NCBI GenBank assembly: GCA_945903265.1
Contig: CAMDNQ010000007.1
Location: 26,111-90,110, forward strand
Source of the DNA: Candidatus Sulfopaludibacter sp. SbA3
Lineage (GTDB): Bacteria; Acidobacteriota; Vicinamibacteria; Vicinamibacterales; UBA2999
DNA length: 64,000 bases
Reading direction: 5' to 3'
Shown: piece by piece, positions 44,804 through 54,009 of the stretch
Layout of the letters: each line of letters begins with the position of its first letter
Position numbering within the stretch: position 1 is the first letter of the stretch
The notes under the pieces: generated by a model
The model's database searches: none
Seen by the model: only the letters and a program-made list of their open reading frames with translations
Told to the model about the DNA's origin: nothing
Program-made: the position numbers and the translations under genes

Positions 44804-46035
44804 AGATCGTCGACTCCTCGAATCGCCGCGCCGTGCGCGCCCTCCTGTCACCGGAGCGCGCGCGCGATGCCGCAACCGACCGTCGGGTGGCGCAGATCGT
44901 CCGCGACGTCCGGCGCGACGGCGACAAGGCGGTGCAGCGGTATGCCCGCCGGTTCGACGGCTTCGAGGGTGCGCTCGAAATCTCGAAAGAGGAGATGCGG
45001 GACGCCGCCGCACAGGTGCCGCGACCCGTACGGGCGGCGCTGCGTGCCGCGGCGCGCAACATTCGGCTCGTTGCTGCGAAGCAGGTCCCTCGAGGCTGGC
45101 GCCTACGCGTCGGCAGCGGCATCACCGTGGAACAGCGTGTGGTCCCGCTGGATCGTGTCGGCTGTTACGTCCCAGGCGGCCGCTATCCCCTTCCCTCCTC
45201 ACTGCTGATGACGGCCATTCCCGCGGCGGCAGCGGGGGTCGCCGAAATCATCGCGGTCTGTCCCCGGCCCGCGCCGGTCGTGCTGGCCGCTGCGCTCGAA
45301 GCCCGTGTCTCGCGCATGTTCCGCGTGGGCGGTGCCCATGCGATTGCGGCGCTTGCCTACGGCACGGAGACCATCCCGCGCGTGGACAAGATCGTCGGTC
45401 CAGGCAATCGGTACGTGGCCGCCGCAAAAGGCCTCGTCGCGGCCGACTGCGGGATCGATTTCTACGCGGGACCCACGGAGATCGTCATCGTGTCGGCCCG
45501 CGGACCCGCTGCGTGGATTGCCGCCGACCTGCTCGCGCAGGCCGAGCACGATCCCGATGCGCGTGCGGTCCTCATCACGCCCAGCCGCACGCTGGCGGAA
45601 CGAGTGGCTCGCGAAGTCGCCGCGATGCTGCCTGACAGCGGTCCTGCAAAGGCGTCCCTGCGAGCCCATGGCGGGATCATCGTCACGTCATCTCTCCGGG
45701 AGGCGATGACGCTTGCGAACGCCTCGGCCCCCGAGCACCTCGTCGTGGACGACGAGACACTTGCGCGGCAGGTGACGTGTGCGGGTTCTGTGTTCGTGGG
45801 ACCGTGGTCGGTGCAGGCGGCCGGCGATTATGCGATTGGATCGAACCACGTGCTGCCGACGGCCGGGGCCGCGCGGGCACGCGGCGGATTGTCCGGAGCT
45901 GACTTTGTCCGCCAGATGACCGTGCAGCGCGTCACACAGGCCGGCCTGCGGCGCATTGGAGACACCGTGATGACACTCGCCTCGGCAGAAGGGCTCCACG
46001 CCCATGCCGCATCGGTGAGCGTCCGGGTGAAGTGA
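44800..46035 (+). CDS. hisD: histidinol dehydrogenase
   Basis: The track ORF 44047-46035 was trimmed to ATG 44800, which overlaps the hisG stop (ATGA). Motifs: [28 protein letters not shown] and [13 protein letters not shown]. Confidence 0.9.
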   Translation: MKIVDSSNRRAVRALLSPERARDAATDRRVAQIVRDVRRDGDKAVQRYARRFDGFEGALEISKEEMRDAAAQVPRPVRAALRAAARNIRLVAAKQVPRGWRLRVGSGITVEQRVVPLDRVGCYVPGGRYPLPSSLLMTAIPAAAAGVAEIIAVCPRPAPVVLAAALEARVSRMFRVGGAHAIAALAYGTETIPRVDKIVGPGNRYVAAAKGLVAADCGIDFYAGPTEIVIVSARGPAAWIAADLLAQAEHDPDARAVLITPSRTLAERVAREVAAMLPDSGPAKASLRAHGGIIVTSSLREAMTLANASAPEHLVVDDETLARQVTCAGSVFVGPWSVQAAGDYAIGSNHVLPTAGAARARGGLSGADFVRQMTVQRVTQAGLRRIGDTVMTLASAEGLHAHAASVSVRVK

Positions 46036-47072
46036 TGGTGATACAGGGCTACCCCGATCCCGGCGACGGCCTCCGCCTGCACCTCAACGAGAACACGGGC
46101 GGCTGCTCGCCTCGCGTGCTGGAGGCCATCCGCCGTGTCAGCCCATCCGACGTGTCGACGTACCCGTCCTATCCGGACGCCGTGCGTGCGACGGCCCGTC
46201 ATTTCGGCGTCGACCCGGACTGGGTGCTGCTGACGAATGGGCTGGATGAGGGGCTGCTGATGACGGCGGTCGGGCACATTGCCAGGCCGCGGGTGCACGA
46301 CGCGGAAACGATCATTCCGCTGCCGGCATTCGATCCCTATCCGAATGCCACAGCAGCCGTGGGCGCCACGGCGGTCCGCGTGCCTCCGGGGCCGGAGTTC
46401 GCCTTCCCGACACAGGCCGTCATCGACGCGATCACGCCGCGTACGAGGATTGTGTTCCTCAATACGCCGAACAATCCGACCGGCCAGTTGATCCCCGTCC
46501 CCGATCTCGTGCGCATCAGCCAGGCGGCTCCCGGCGCGGTCGTCCTGATCGACGAGGCGTACATCGAGTTCGGGGGCACGACGTTCCTTCCGGAGCTGCC
46601 GCGTTTCCCGAACGTGCTCGTCGGGCGGACGTTTTCAAAGGCGTACGGCCTGGCCGGACTGCGCGTGGGCGTCGTGATCGGCCAGCCGCAGGCGCTGGAC
46701 CCGGTTCGCGCGGTGACGCTGCCGTTCAACATCAACGGCGTCGCGCTGGCGGCGATCGAGGCCGCGCTTTCCGACACGGAGTTCCTACCGCGCTATGCGG
46801 CGCAGGTGCGCGCGTCACGCGACAAGCTGTACGACGCATGCCGGCGGTTGGGGCTGCCGTTCTGGCCGAGCGCGGCCAACTACGTCCTGGTGCGCGTGGG
46901 CGAAGCGAAGCCGTTCGTCGACGCTCTGGCGGCGCGGAAGATTCACGTGCGCGACCGATCGAAGGATCCGGTGACAGCCGGGTGCATCCGGATCACAGCC
47001 GGAATCATGGAACACACTGACGCCGCCATCGAGGCGCTCGAAGACGTGATGGCCACGAGGCAGGGGCGATGA
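46032..47072 (+). CDS. hisC: histidinol-phosphate aminotransferase
   Basis: [17 protein letters not shown] and [15 protein letters not shown] (PLP lysine). The start is GTG 46032 or ATG 46035; both overlap the hisD stop. Confidence 0.9.
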   Translation: MMVIQGYPDPGDGLRLHLNENTGGCSPRVLEAIRRVSPSDVSTYPSYPDAVRATARHFGVDPDWVLLTNGLDEGLLMTAVGHIARPRVHDAETIIPLPAFDPYPNATAAVGATAVRVPPGPEFAFPTQAVIDAITPRTRIVFLNTPNNPTGQLIPVPDLVRISQAAPGAVVLIDEAYIEFGGTTFLPELPRFPNVLVGRTFSKAYGLAGLRVGVVIGQPQALDPVRAVTLPFNINGVALAAIEAALSDTEFLPRYAAQVRASRDKLYDACRRLGLPFWPSAANYVLVRVGEAKPFVDALAARKIHVRDRSKDPVTAGCIRITAGIMEHTDAAIEALEDVMATRQGR

Positions 47073-47695
47073 CAAAGAAAGTACGTGGGGCGGGTTCCGC
47101 GAAGCGGACCCGCCGAGCAACGATCAACCGCCAGACAACCGAGACGCAGATTCGGGGCAAGCTCGTCATCGACGGCAAGGGAAAGTACGACATCCGCACC
47201 GGCATCCGCTTCTTCGACCACATGCTCGAGCTGTTCACGCGGCACGGCGGATTCGACCTGACGCTCCGCGCGACGGGAGATCTCGACGTCGATCAGCACC
47301 ACACGGTCGAGGACGTCGGGATTGCGCTCGGGGAGGCAACGCTGAGAGCGCTCGGCGACCGCAAGGGCATCAACCGCGCGGGCTACTTCGTCATGCCGAT
47401 GGACGAAACGCTCGGTGTCGCCGCCATCGATCTCAGCGGCCGGCCGCATGCCGTCGTCGATCTGAAGCTGAAAGTTGAACGGGTTGGCGATCTGCAGAGC
47501 GAGCTGATCGCGGACTTCTTCGACGGGTTCGCCTCCGCCGCGCGGGCGAACGTCCATGTCGTCGTGCTGTACGGCCGCTCGAGCCACCACCACGTCGAAG
47601 CGGTGTTCAAGGCGTTTGCACGCGCGCTGCGGGTTGCCTGCGCGCGCGACGCGCGGATGGCGAAGATGCTGCCGAGCACGAAGGGCCTGCTGTGA
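47069..47695 (+). CDS. hisB: imidazoleglycerol-phosphate dehydratase
   Basis: [35 protein letters not shown] and [17 protein letters not shown]. Confidence 0.92.
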   Translation: MTKKVRGAGSAKRTRRATINRQTTETQIRGKLVIDGKGKYDIRTGIRFFDHMLELFTRHGGFDLTLRATGDLDVDQHHTVEDVGIALGEATLRALGDRKGINRAGYFVMPMDETLGVAAIDLSGRPHAVVDLKLKVERVGDLQSELIADFFDGFASAARANVHVVVLYGRSSHHHVEAVFKAFARALRVACARDARMAKMLPSTKGLL

Positions 47696-48294
47696 TTGCG
47701 CTGATCGACTATGGCGCCGGCAATCTCACGTCGGTAAAGAAGGCGCTGCACGCGCTCGGCGCCGAGTTCACCGTGCCCGCGTCGCCTGATGAGTGCGCGG
47801 ACGCGGCAGGCCTGATCGTGCCCGGCGTGGGTCATTTTTCGGCGACGACCGCGCTCGGCCAACCGTGGCGCGACGCAATCTCTGGTGCGGTGGCTGCGGG
47901 CACTCCCCTGCTCGGCATCTGCGTCGGCATGCAGTGGCTGTATGCGGGCAGCGAGGAGGCGCCGGACGTCCCGGGCCTCGGTCTTCTCGAAGGCCAGTGC
48001 CGGCTGCTTCGCGGCAACGCCGAACAGCGCCTGAAGATTCCTCACGTCGGGTGGAACGCGCTCGACGTCTCGGGAGCCTGCCGCCTGCTGGCCGGAGTCT
48101 CAGGCGGCTCGCACGTGTACTTCACCCATTCATTCGCAGCGCCTGTCACGGACGCGTGTGTCGCATCGACGACGCACGGGGAGTCGTTCGCTGCGGCGGT
48201 CGAGCGCGACAACGTGTTCGGTGTTCAGTTCCACCCCGAAAAGTCCGGCGATGCGGGCCTGCGCATCCTGCGGAATTTCCTCGAGCTGTGCTGA
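47692..48294 (+). CDS. hisH: imidazole glycerol phosphate synthase, glutaminase subunit
   Basis: [21 protein letters not shown] (catalytic Cys) and [10 protein letters not shown]. Confidence 0.92.
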   Translation: MIALIDYGAGNLTSVKKALHALGAEFTVPASPDECADAAGLIVPGVGHFSATTALGQPWRDAISGAVAAGTPLLGICVGMQWLYAGSEEAPDVPGLGLLEGQCRLLRGNAEQRLKIPHVGWNALDVSGACRLLAGVSGGSHVYFTHSFAAPVTDACVASTTHGESFAAAVERDNVFGVQFHPEKSGDAGLRILRNFLELC

Positions 48295-49055
48295 CCAAAC
48301 GCATCATCGCGTGCATGGACGTGCGCGACGGCCAGGTGGTCAAGGGCGTCCAGTTCCAGCAGCTGCGGCATGCAGGCGACCCCGCGGAGCTGGCGCGCCG
48401 CTATAACGTCGAGGGCATCGACGAAATCGTCGTTCTCGACGTCACGGCTACGCTTGAAACCCGCCGCGCCCTCCGCAACACCATCAGCGCGGTGGCGAAG
48501 GAGATCTTCCTGCCGTTGACTGTTGGAGGCGGCATCCGTGCTGAAGACGATGCGGCGGCGGCTGTCGATGCGGGCGCCGACAAGGTCAGCCTCAACACCG
48601 CGGCGTTGAGCAACCCGGGCCTGATTACGACGCTCGCGAACCGGTACGGCAGCCAGGCGGTGATCGTGGCCATCGATGCGAAGCGCCGCGGCGGCACCTC
48701 AGATAGCGGGTTTGGCGTGTTCGTCCGCAGCGGGACCGCAGACGCTGCACGCGATGCTGTTGAATGGGCGCGCGAAGCCGAGTCGCGTGGCGCCGGTGAA
48801 ATCCTGCTGACGTCGATGGATCGTGACGGCACGCGGGCCGGGTTCGATTGCGACCTGACAGCGGCCGTTTCGGATGCCGTCAATATTCCCGTCATTGCGT
48901 CTGGCGGCGCCGGTGGTCTCGAGCATTTCGCCGACGTCTTTACCCGCGGCCACGCGGATGCCGCGCTGGCGGCTTCTATTTTTCATTACGCCGACACGGG
49001 GGTCGCGGATCTGAAGCGCTACCTCCGCACCCAGGGCATTCCCATTCGTCTCTGA
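48288..49055 (+). CDS. hisF: imidazole glycerol phosphate synthase, cyclase subunit
   Basis: [31 protein letters not shown] and [10 protein letters not shown] 48288 overlaps the hisH end by 7 nt. The track start at 47793 was rejected. Confidence 0.9.
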   Translation: MLTKRIIACMDVRDGQVVKGVQFQQLRHAGDPAELARRYNVEGIDEIVVLDVTATLETRRALRNTISAVAKEIFLPLTVGGGIRAEDDAAAAVDAGADKVSLNTAALSNPGLITTLANRYGSQAVIVAIDAKRRGGTSDSGFGVFVRSGTADAARDAVEWAREAESRGAGEILLTSMDRDGTRAGFDCDLTAAVSDAVNIPVIASGGAGGLEHFADVFTRGHADAALAASIFHYADTGVADLKRYLRTQGIPIRL

Positions 49056-49774
49056 TGCTGATTCCATCGATCGATCTTCAGGGCGGGCGCATCGTACAGC
49101 TCGTCCAGGGCGAAAAGCTCGCCATCGAAGCCGCTGACCCCGAGCCGTGGATCGCGCGCTTCTCCCGTTTCCCCCGCGTGCAGCTCATAGACCTGGACGC
49201 GGCCAAGGGTCAGGGCGACAACGCCGCCATGGTGGCGGCCATCTGCGGACGTCTGCCCTGTCGCGTGGGCGGCGGGATTCGCAGCATCGAGCGCGCCCAG
49301 GCGGTGCTCGGCGCCGGCGCCCACGCGGTGATCGTCAGCTCGGCACTGTTCCGCGACGGCAAGGTCGACCTGCCGTTCGCACAGTCGCTCGCGGACGCCA
49401 TCGGGCCCGACCGGATCATCGCGGCGGTCGACAGCCGCGGCGGCCAGGTCGCGATTCACGGCTGGCGGACCATGCTTCCGATCACCGCTGTCGACGCCGT
49501 GCGCGCCCTCGAGCCCTATTGCGCCGAGTTCCTGTATACCCACGTCGACACTGAAGGGCTGATGGGAGGCACCGACATGAACGCCATTCTCGCGGTCCGC
49601 CGTGCGACGACTCGCCGTGTCACGGCAGCCGGCGGCATTACGACCGCCGCCGACATCCACCGGCTCGACCGGGACGGCGTGGACGCGGTGGTCGGCATGG
49701 CCATCTACTCTGGGCAGCTCGCCATCGACGATCTGGCACCGCCAGAGCCCGGAACCCGGAACCTTCGGAACTAG
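49055..49774 (+). CDS. hisA: ProFAR isomerase (HisA)
   Basis: [30 protein letters not shown] and AAGGITT. The ATG overlaps the hisF TGA by 1 nt. The last 11 codons lie in a GGAAC-rich repeat. Confidence 0.85.
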   Translation: MLIPSIDLQGGRIVQLVQGEKLAIEAADPEPWIARFSRFPRVQLIDLDAAKGQGDNAAMVAAICGRLPCRVGGGIRSIERAQAVLGAGAHAVIVSSALFRDGKVDLPFAQSLADAIGPDRIIAAVDSRGGQVAIHGWRTMLPITAVDAVRALEPYCAEFLYTHVDTEGLMGGTDMNAILAVRRATTRRVTAAGGITTAADIHRLDRDGVDAVVGMAIYSGQLAIDDLAPPEPGTRNLRN

Positions 49775-49793
49775 GAACCTGCCGTTAGGCGTG

Positions 49794-49832
49794 TTACGTT
49801 AAACGCCGTAACGGCTACGGCATTTAACGTAA
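49794..49832. promoter_or_regulatory. AT-rich 10-bp perfect inverted repeat TTACGTTAAA-N19-TTTAACGTAA overlapping the ATPase start codon
   Basis: Arms at 49794-49803 and 49823-49832. The spacer holds the GCCGTAACGGC palindrome. The CGTAA/TTACG motif recurs about 5 times in 49782-49832. Confidence 0.45.
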
Positions 49833-50980
49833 TGGCCTCGGCAAACCCCTTCATCTACGGCGAGATCGTCCCGGACGACTCGTTCGCCGACCGCGAGGTC
49901 GAGCTGGACCGCCTGACGGCCGACCTCCGGGCCGGGCAGAAAATCTTTCTCATCTCGCCACGCCGGTACGGCAAGTCGTCGCTCGTCCGGCGCGCCCTCA
50001 GCACACTCGCCCGCCAGGGCGCCCTGACCGTCGACCTGACCGTCAGCAGCTACAGCTCGTACGTCTCGTTTCTCGAGGGATACGCGCGGGCGCTGGCGAC
50101 CGTGGAGACGAAGTGGCAGCGCGCGCGCGAGTGGCTGGGCGACGTGATTACGACGACCCGGCCGGAGCTGCGCTACGAGGCCGATGCGGCATCGGGACGC
50201 CTGGCGGTCGCGTTTCCACTCGTGCGGACGGAGCGCGACGTCACGCGGCTCGCCAACGAAATCTTTGCGCTGCCCGGGCGCCTCAGTACCGAGCGGAAGC
50301 GCCCTGTCATCGTGTCACTCGACGAATTCCAGGCGATCGACGCCTTCAACGGCGGGAGCGTCGAGCACGCGCTCCGCGCGGCCGCGCAGCAGCAGCGGCA
50401 GGTCGGGTACGTCTTCGCCGGGTCGGAGCCGAGCCTGATGGAAAAGATGATCGGTCCCAAGCGTCCGTTCTACAAAGCGGGACCGGTCATGCGCCTGGAG
50501 AAGATTCCCGCCGACATCTTCGCGGACTTCATCGAGAACCGGTTCGGGCGAACGGGCATCCGCGCCGAGCCGGGCCTGGGCGCCGCGATCGTCGACCTCG
50601 CCGGCAATCTTCCATACGACGTCCAGCGTCTCGCTCACGAAACCTGGGACGATATCCGCGCGGCCGGCATGAAGAAGGCGGGGCTCGACCAGCTGCACGC
50701 GACGCTCGGGAGGCTCCTCGCCGAACAGGACACGATGTTCGAAGCGGTCTGGCAACGGCTCACACTCGCGCAGCGCGCCGTCCTTCGCGCGGTCGTGCTC
50801 CAGAGCGGCCGCGAACTGCTGTCGGCGGAGACGCGCAACCGCCATCGCCTCGGAGGCCCGTCGAGCATTCAGGCCTCCCTGTCCGCACTCATGAAGCAGG
50901 ATCTGCTCCTCAAGGAAGGCCCGCAGTACGTGGTGATCGATTCCCTGCTCCGCGAATGGATCGCGCGGAAAACGTTCTAG
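49832..50980 (+). CDS. AAA-type ATPase (Arch_ATPase/PF01637-like) with C-terminal helical domain
   Basis: Walker A ISPRRYGKSSL and Walker B PVIVSLDEFQ. Family assignment by overall pattern only. Confidence 0.6.
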   Translation: MASANPFIYGEIVPDDSFADREVELDRLTADLRAGQKIFLISPRRYGKSSLVRRALSTLARQGALTVDLTVSSYSSYVSFLEGYARALATVETKWQRAREWLGDVITTTRPELRYEADAASGRLAVAFPLVRTERDVTRLANEIFALPGRLSTERKRPVIVSLDEFQAIDAFNGGSVEHALRAAAQQQRQVGYVFAGSEPSLMEKMIGPKRPFYKAGPVMRLEKIPADIFADFIENRFGRTGIRAEPGLGAAIVDLAGNLPYDVQRLAHETWDDIRAAGMKKAGLDQLHATLGRLLAEQDTMFEAVWQRLTLAQRAVLRAVVLQSGRELLSAETRNRHRLGGPSSIQASLSALMKQDLLLKEGPQYVVIDSLLREWIARKTF

Positions 50981-50982
50981 CC

Positions 50983-52287
50983 ATGCGCATGCCCTTTCTG
51001 TCCCGCATCGGTCTTGACAGACCAGAGCTGCGCGCGTGGGCGATGTACGACTGGGCGAACTCGGCGTTCTGGACCACCGTCATCGTCGCGGTCTTTCCGC
51101 CGTTCTTCAGCGATTACGCAGCCGCTGGGCTCACGCCCGCCGCGGCGACGGCGCGCTTTGCGTGGGCCACCACCATCGCGGTCACCATCGTCGCGATCCT
51201 CGGACCGGTGCTCGGGGCCATCGCCGATTACGGCGCGATGAAGAAGCGCATGCTGGCCATCTTCATGGTCTTCGGCGTGATCGCGACACTGCTGATGGCG
51301 ACGATCGCGCGCGGCGAGTGGGTGTACGCCGCGGTCATCTTCATCGCTGCCAATATCGGCGTCGCGTCGAGCCAGGTCTTTTACGATTCGCTGCTCCCGC
51401 ATATCGCCCGGTCGGAGGAGATGGACCGCGTGTCGACCGCGGGCTTCGCCATGGGGTTCCTCGGGGGTGGCGTGCTGCTCATCGTGAACCTCGTCTGGAT
51501 TCTCTATCCCGGACTGTTCGGCCTGCCGGATACCGTCGCGGCCATCAAGCTCTCGTTCATCAGCGTCGCAGTCTGGTGGCTCGTGTTCTCGATTCCGCTG
51601 TTGCGCGGCGTGCCAGAGCCCCCTCGTGTGCTGGAACGGGACGAAACCGGACAGGAGAATCCGGTGCGCGTCGCGCTCACGCGGGTCGGAGAGACGTTTC
51701 GCGAGCTTCGCGGATACCGGAACGCGTTCCTGATGCTCGTTGCGTTCCTGCTGTACAACGACGGGATTCAAACCATCATCCGGATGGCGTCGATCTACGG
51801 GGCCGAGATCGGCATCGATCGCAACGCCCAGATCGCCGCGTTCGTGGTCGTCCAGTTCACCGGTATTCCGTGCTCGTTCCTGTTCGGGGCGGCCGCCGAC
51901 CGCATCGGTGCGAAGCAGGCGCTGTACTTTGCCCTGGTGGTCTACGTCGGCATCAGTACGCTCGGCTATTTCATGACGACGACCTGGCAGTTCTTCGCGC
52001 TGGCGTTCCTGGTGGGTACGGTACAGGGAGGCAGCCAGGCGCTGAGCCGATCGATGTTTGCGCGGATGATTCCGCGGCACAAATCGTCGGAGTACTTCGG
52101 CTTCTTCTCGGTGTTCGAAAAATTTGCGGGCATCGCCGGGCCTGCGCTCTTTGCCGCATCCGTCACGATCTTCGGATCGAGCCGCGCGGCGATCCTGTCG
52201 GTGATTCTGTTCTTTGTCGCCGGCGGCCTCGTGCTGACGCGGGTCGACGTCGTCGAAGGCGAACGCCAGGCGCTCAATCCGACCTAA
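50983..52287 (+). CDS. MFS transporter, UMF1/Atg22-like
   Basis: MRMPFLSRIGLDRPELRAWAMYDWANSAFWTTV is typical of the UMF1 family. About 12 TM segments. The track start at 50113 was rejected. Confidence 0.72.
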   Translation: MRMPFLSRIGLDRPELRAWAMYDWANSAFWTTVIVAVFPPFFSDYAAAGLTPAAATARFAWATTIAVTIVAILGPVLGAIADYGAMKKRMLAIFMVFGVIATLLMATIARGEWVYAAVIFIAANIGVASSQVFYDSLLPHIARSEEMDRVSTAGFAMGFLGGGVLLIVNLVWILYPGLFGLPDTVAAIKLSFISVAVWWLVFSIPLLRGVPEPPRVLERDETGQENPVRVALTRVGETFRELRGYRNAFLMLVAFLLYNDGIQTIIRMASIYGAEIGIDRNAQIAAFVVVQFTGIPCSFLFGAAADRIGAKQALYFALVVYVGISTLGYFMTTTWQFFALAFLVGTVQGGSQALSRSMFARMIPRHKSSEYFGFFSVFEKFAGIAGPALFAASVTIFGSSRAAILSVILFFVAGGLVLTRVDVVEGERQALNPT

Positions 52288-53018
52288 GGCCGCAGATACG
52301 TACGGCGTTCCTTTTCAGGAAACCGCTCGATCGCGTAGCGCAGCATCGTGCGCGGCATCCGATCGTGGCGCGTCGCGAGAAACGCCCTGAGCCGGCGCGG
52401 ATCGCGGCGGCCCGTCTCACGCAGCATCCAGCCGACGGCCTTGTGAATCAGGTCGTGCGGATCGCGCAGCAGAATGTCGGCAATCCGGAACGTCTCGTCG
52501 ACGTCCCCCTGCCGGATGAAATAGTGCGTCGCCAGAATTGCAATCCTGCGCTCCCAGAGATTGCGCGACCGGGCGAGCCGCCGAAGCGGTGCCCGGCTGC
52601 GTTCAAAGAGCCAGCGGCCGACCACGCCGGGCGCCGAGACATCGACAAGATCCCAGTTATTGATGCGCGCCGCGCGCGACACGTAGAACTCATAGATACG
52701 ACGCCGCGCGCCGTCCTCCCGTGCCAGTTGGTACTGGCGGACCAGTAGCAGCACCGCAAGCAGCCGCGCTTCATGAATCGGCGAGGCCAGGAGCTTTTCG
52801 ATTTCTTTGAGTTCCGCAGCCTGAAATGTCCGTACCAGCGAACGCAACACAGGCAGCCGGATGCCGATGAACCTGTCACCCTCGCCGTATTCGCCCGGTC
52901 CGGTCTTGAAGAATCCCTGAAGCACCGTGACACGCGCCGGTTCGGCGCTCTTATGGAGCGCCCGCAACATCGCGGCGGCGGTGGCAGGTTTTGCAGCGAG
53001 CCTGGCAGCGGAGGGCAT
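52284..53018 (-). CDS. AlkD-like DNA alkylation repair protein (HEAT-like repeats)
   Basis: NNWDLVDVSAPGVVGRWL and HKAVGWMLRE motifs. The stop codon overlaps the MFS stop (cTAa). ATG 53018 is preferred over TTG 53027. Confidence 0.7.
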   Translation of the reverse strand: MPSAARLAAKPATAAAMLRALHKSAEPARVTVLQGFFKTGPGEYGEGDRFIGIRLPVLRSLVRTFQAAELKEIEKLLASPIHEARLLAVLLLVRQYQLAREDGARRRIYEFYVSRAARINNWDLVDVSAPGVVGRWLFERSRAPLRRLARSRNLWERRIAILATHYFIRQGDVDETFRIADILLRDPHDLIHKAVGWMLRETGRRDPRRLRAFLATRHDRMPRTMLRYAIERFPEKERRTYLRP

Positions 53019-53083
53019 CTTTTTCAACGAAAACGATGGACCGGTGATGGCCGTGCCGTCAACCGGGATACGATCTTCGGCAC

Positions 53084-53968
53084 ATGCGCATCGTGATCGC
53101 CGGCGGCAGCGGCTTCCTTGGTTCCGCCCTGGTCGACTCGCTCCGTGCCGACGGCCACGTCGTCACCGTCCTCACGCGCAAGGTCACCGAGAGTCATCAC
53201 GCGGCCTGGGACCCGTACGGATCGATCACAGGCTGGGCGCACGTCATGGAGGACGCCGATGCCGTGATCAACCTTACGGGCGCCCCGATCGATCGCCGCT
53301 GGACCGCCGCCCACAAGCGCGACATGTGGAACAGCCGTGTACGATCGACGCGCACGCTCGTGTCCGCGATGAAGAGCGTTCGGCGCATACCGCCAGTGCT
53401 GCTGAACGGATCGGCGGTGGGTATCTACGGTCCGCACGGAGATGAGCCCCTCACCGAAGAGAGCCGGCCGGGGAGTGGTTTTCTCGCAGGCCTCGGCGAA
53501 GCGTGGGAGAAAGAGGCGCTCGCGGCCGGACCCGAGGCGCGCGTCGTCCTGCTTCGCACCGCCGTCGTGCTCGCCCCCAACCACGGCGCGCTGCCGAAAA
53601 TGGCGCTCCCCTTCAGGTTTTTCGCCGGCGGCCCGATCGGTGCTGGCACGCAGTACCTGTCGTGGATTCATCGCGACGACTGGGTCGCGATGGTACGGTG
53701 GGCGCTGTTGAACGCTATTTCCGGCCCGCTCAATGTCACCTCGCCCAATCCGGTGACGAACGCCGAATTTGCCAGCACGCTCGGCAAGGCGTTGCACCGT
53801 CCGGCGCTGGTGCCCGCTCCTGCGTTTGCCGTGCGTCTCGCACTGGGCGAGATGGCGGACGCCATTCTGACCGGCCAGCGCGTGTTTCCAGACAAGGCGC
53901 ATCAGCTCGGATTCGACTTCGCCTATCCCACGCTCGAGGCCGCGCTCGGCGCCATTTACCCATCGTAG
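53084..53968 (+). CDS. TIGR01777-family epimerase-like SDR (YfcH/SDR39U1)
   Basis: MRIVIAGGSGFLGSAL Rossmann motif. C-terminal DUF1731-like FDFAYPTLEAAL. Confidence 0.8.
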   Translation: MRIVIAGGSGFLGSALVDSLRADGHVVTVLTRKVTESHHAAWDPYGSITGWAHVMEDADAVINLTGAPIDRRWTAAHKRDMWNSRVRSTRTLVSAMKSVRRIPPVLLNGSAVGIYGPHGDEPLTEESRPGSGFLAGLGEAWEKEALAAGPEARVVLLRTAVVLAPNHGALPKMALPFRFFAGGPIGAGTQYLSWIHRDDWVAMVRWALLNAISGPLNVTSPNPVTNAEFASTLGKALHRPALVPAPAFAVRLALGEMADAILTGQRVFPDKAHQLGFDFAYPTLEAALGAIYPS

Positions 53969-54009
53969 CCGCGTGCTACGATGGACGTTTCCTGTAGGTG
54001 AGATCTCTG

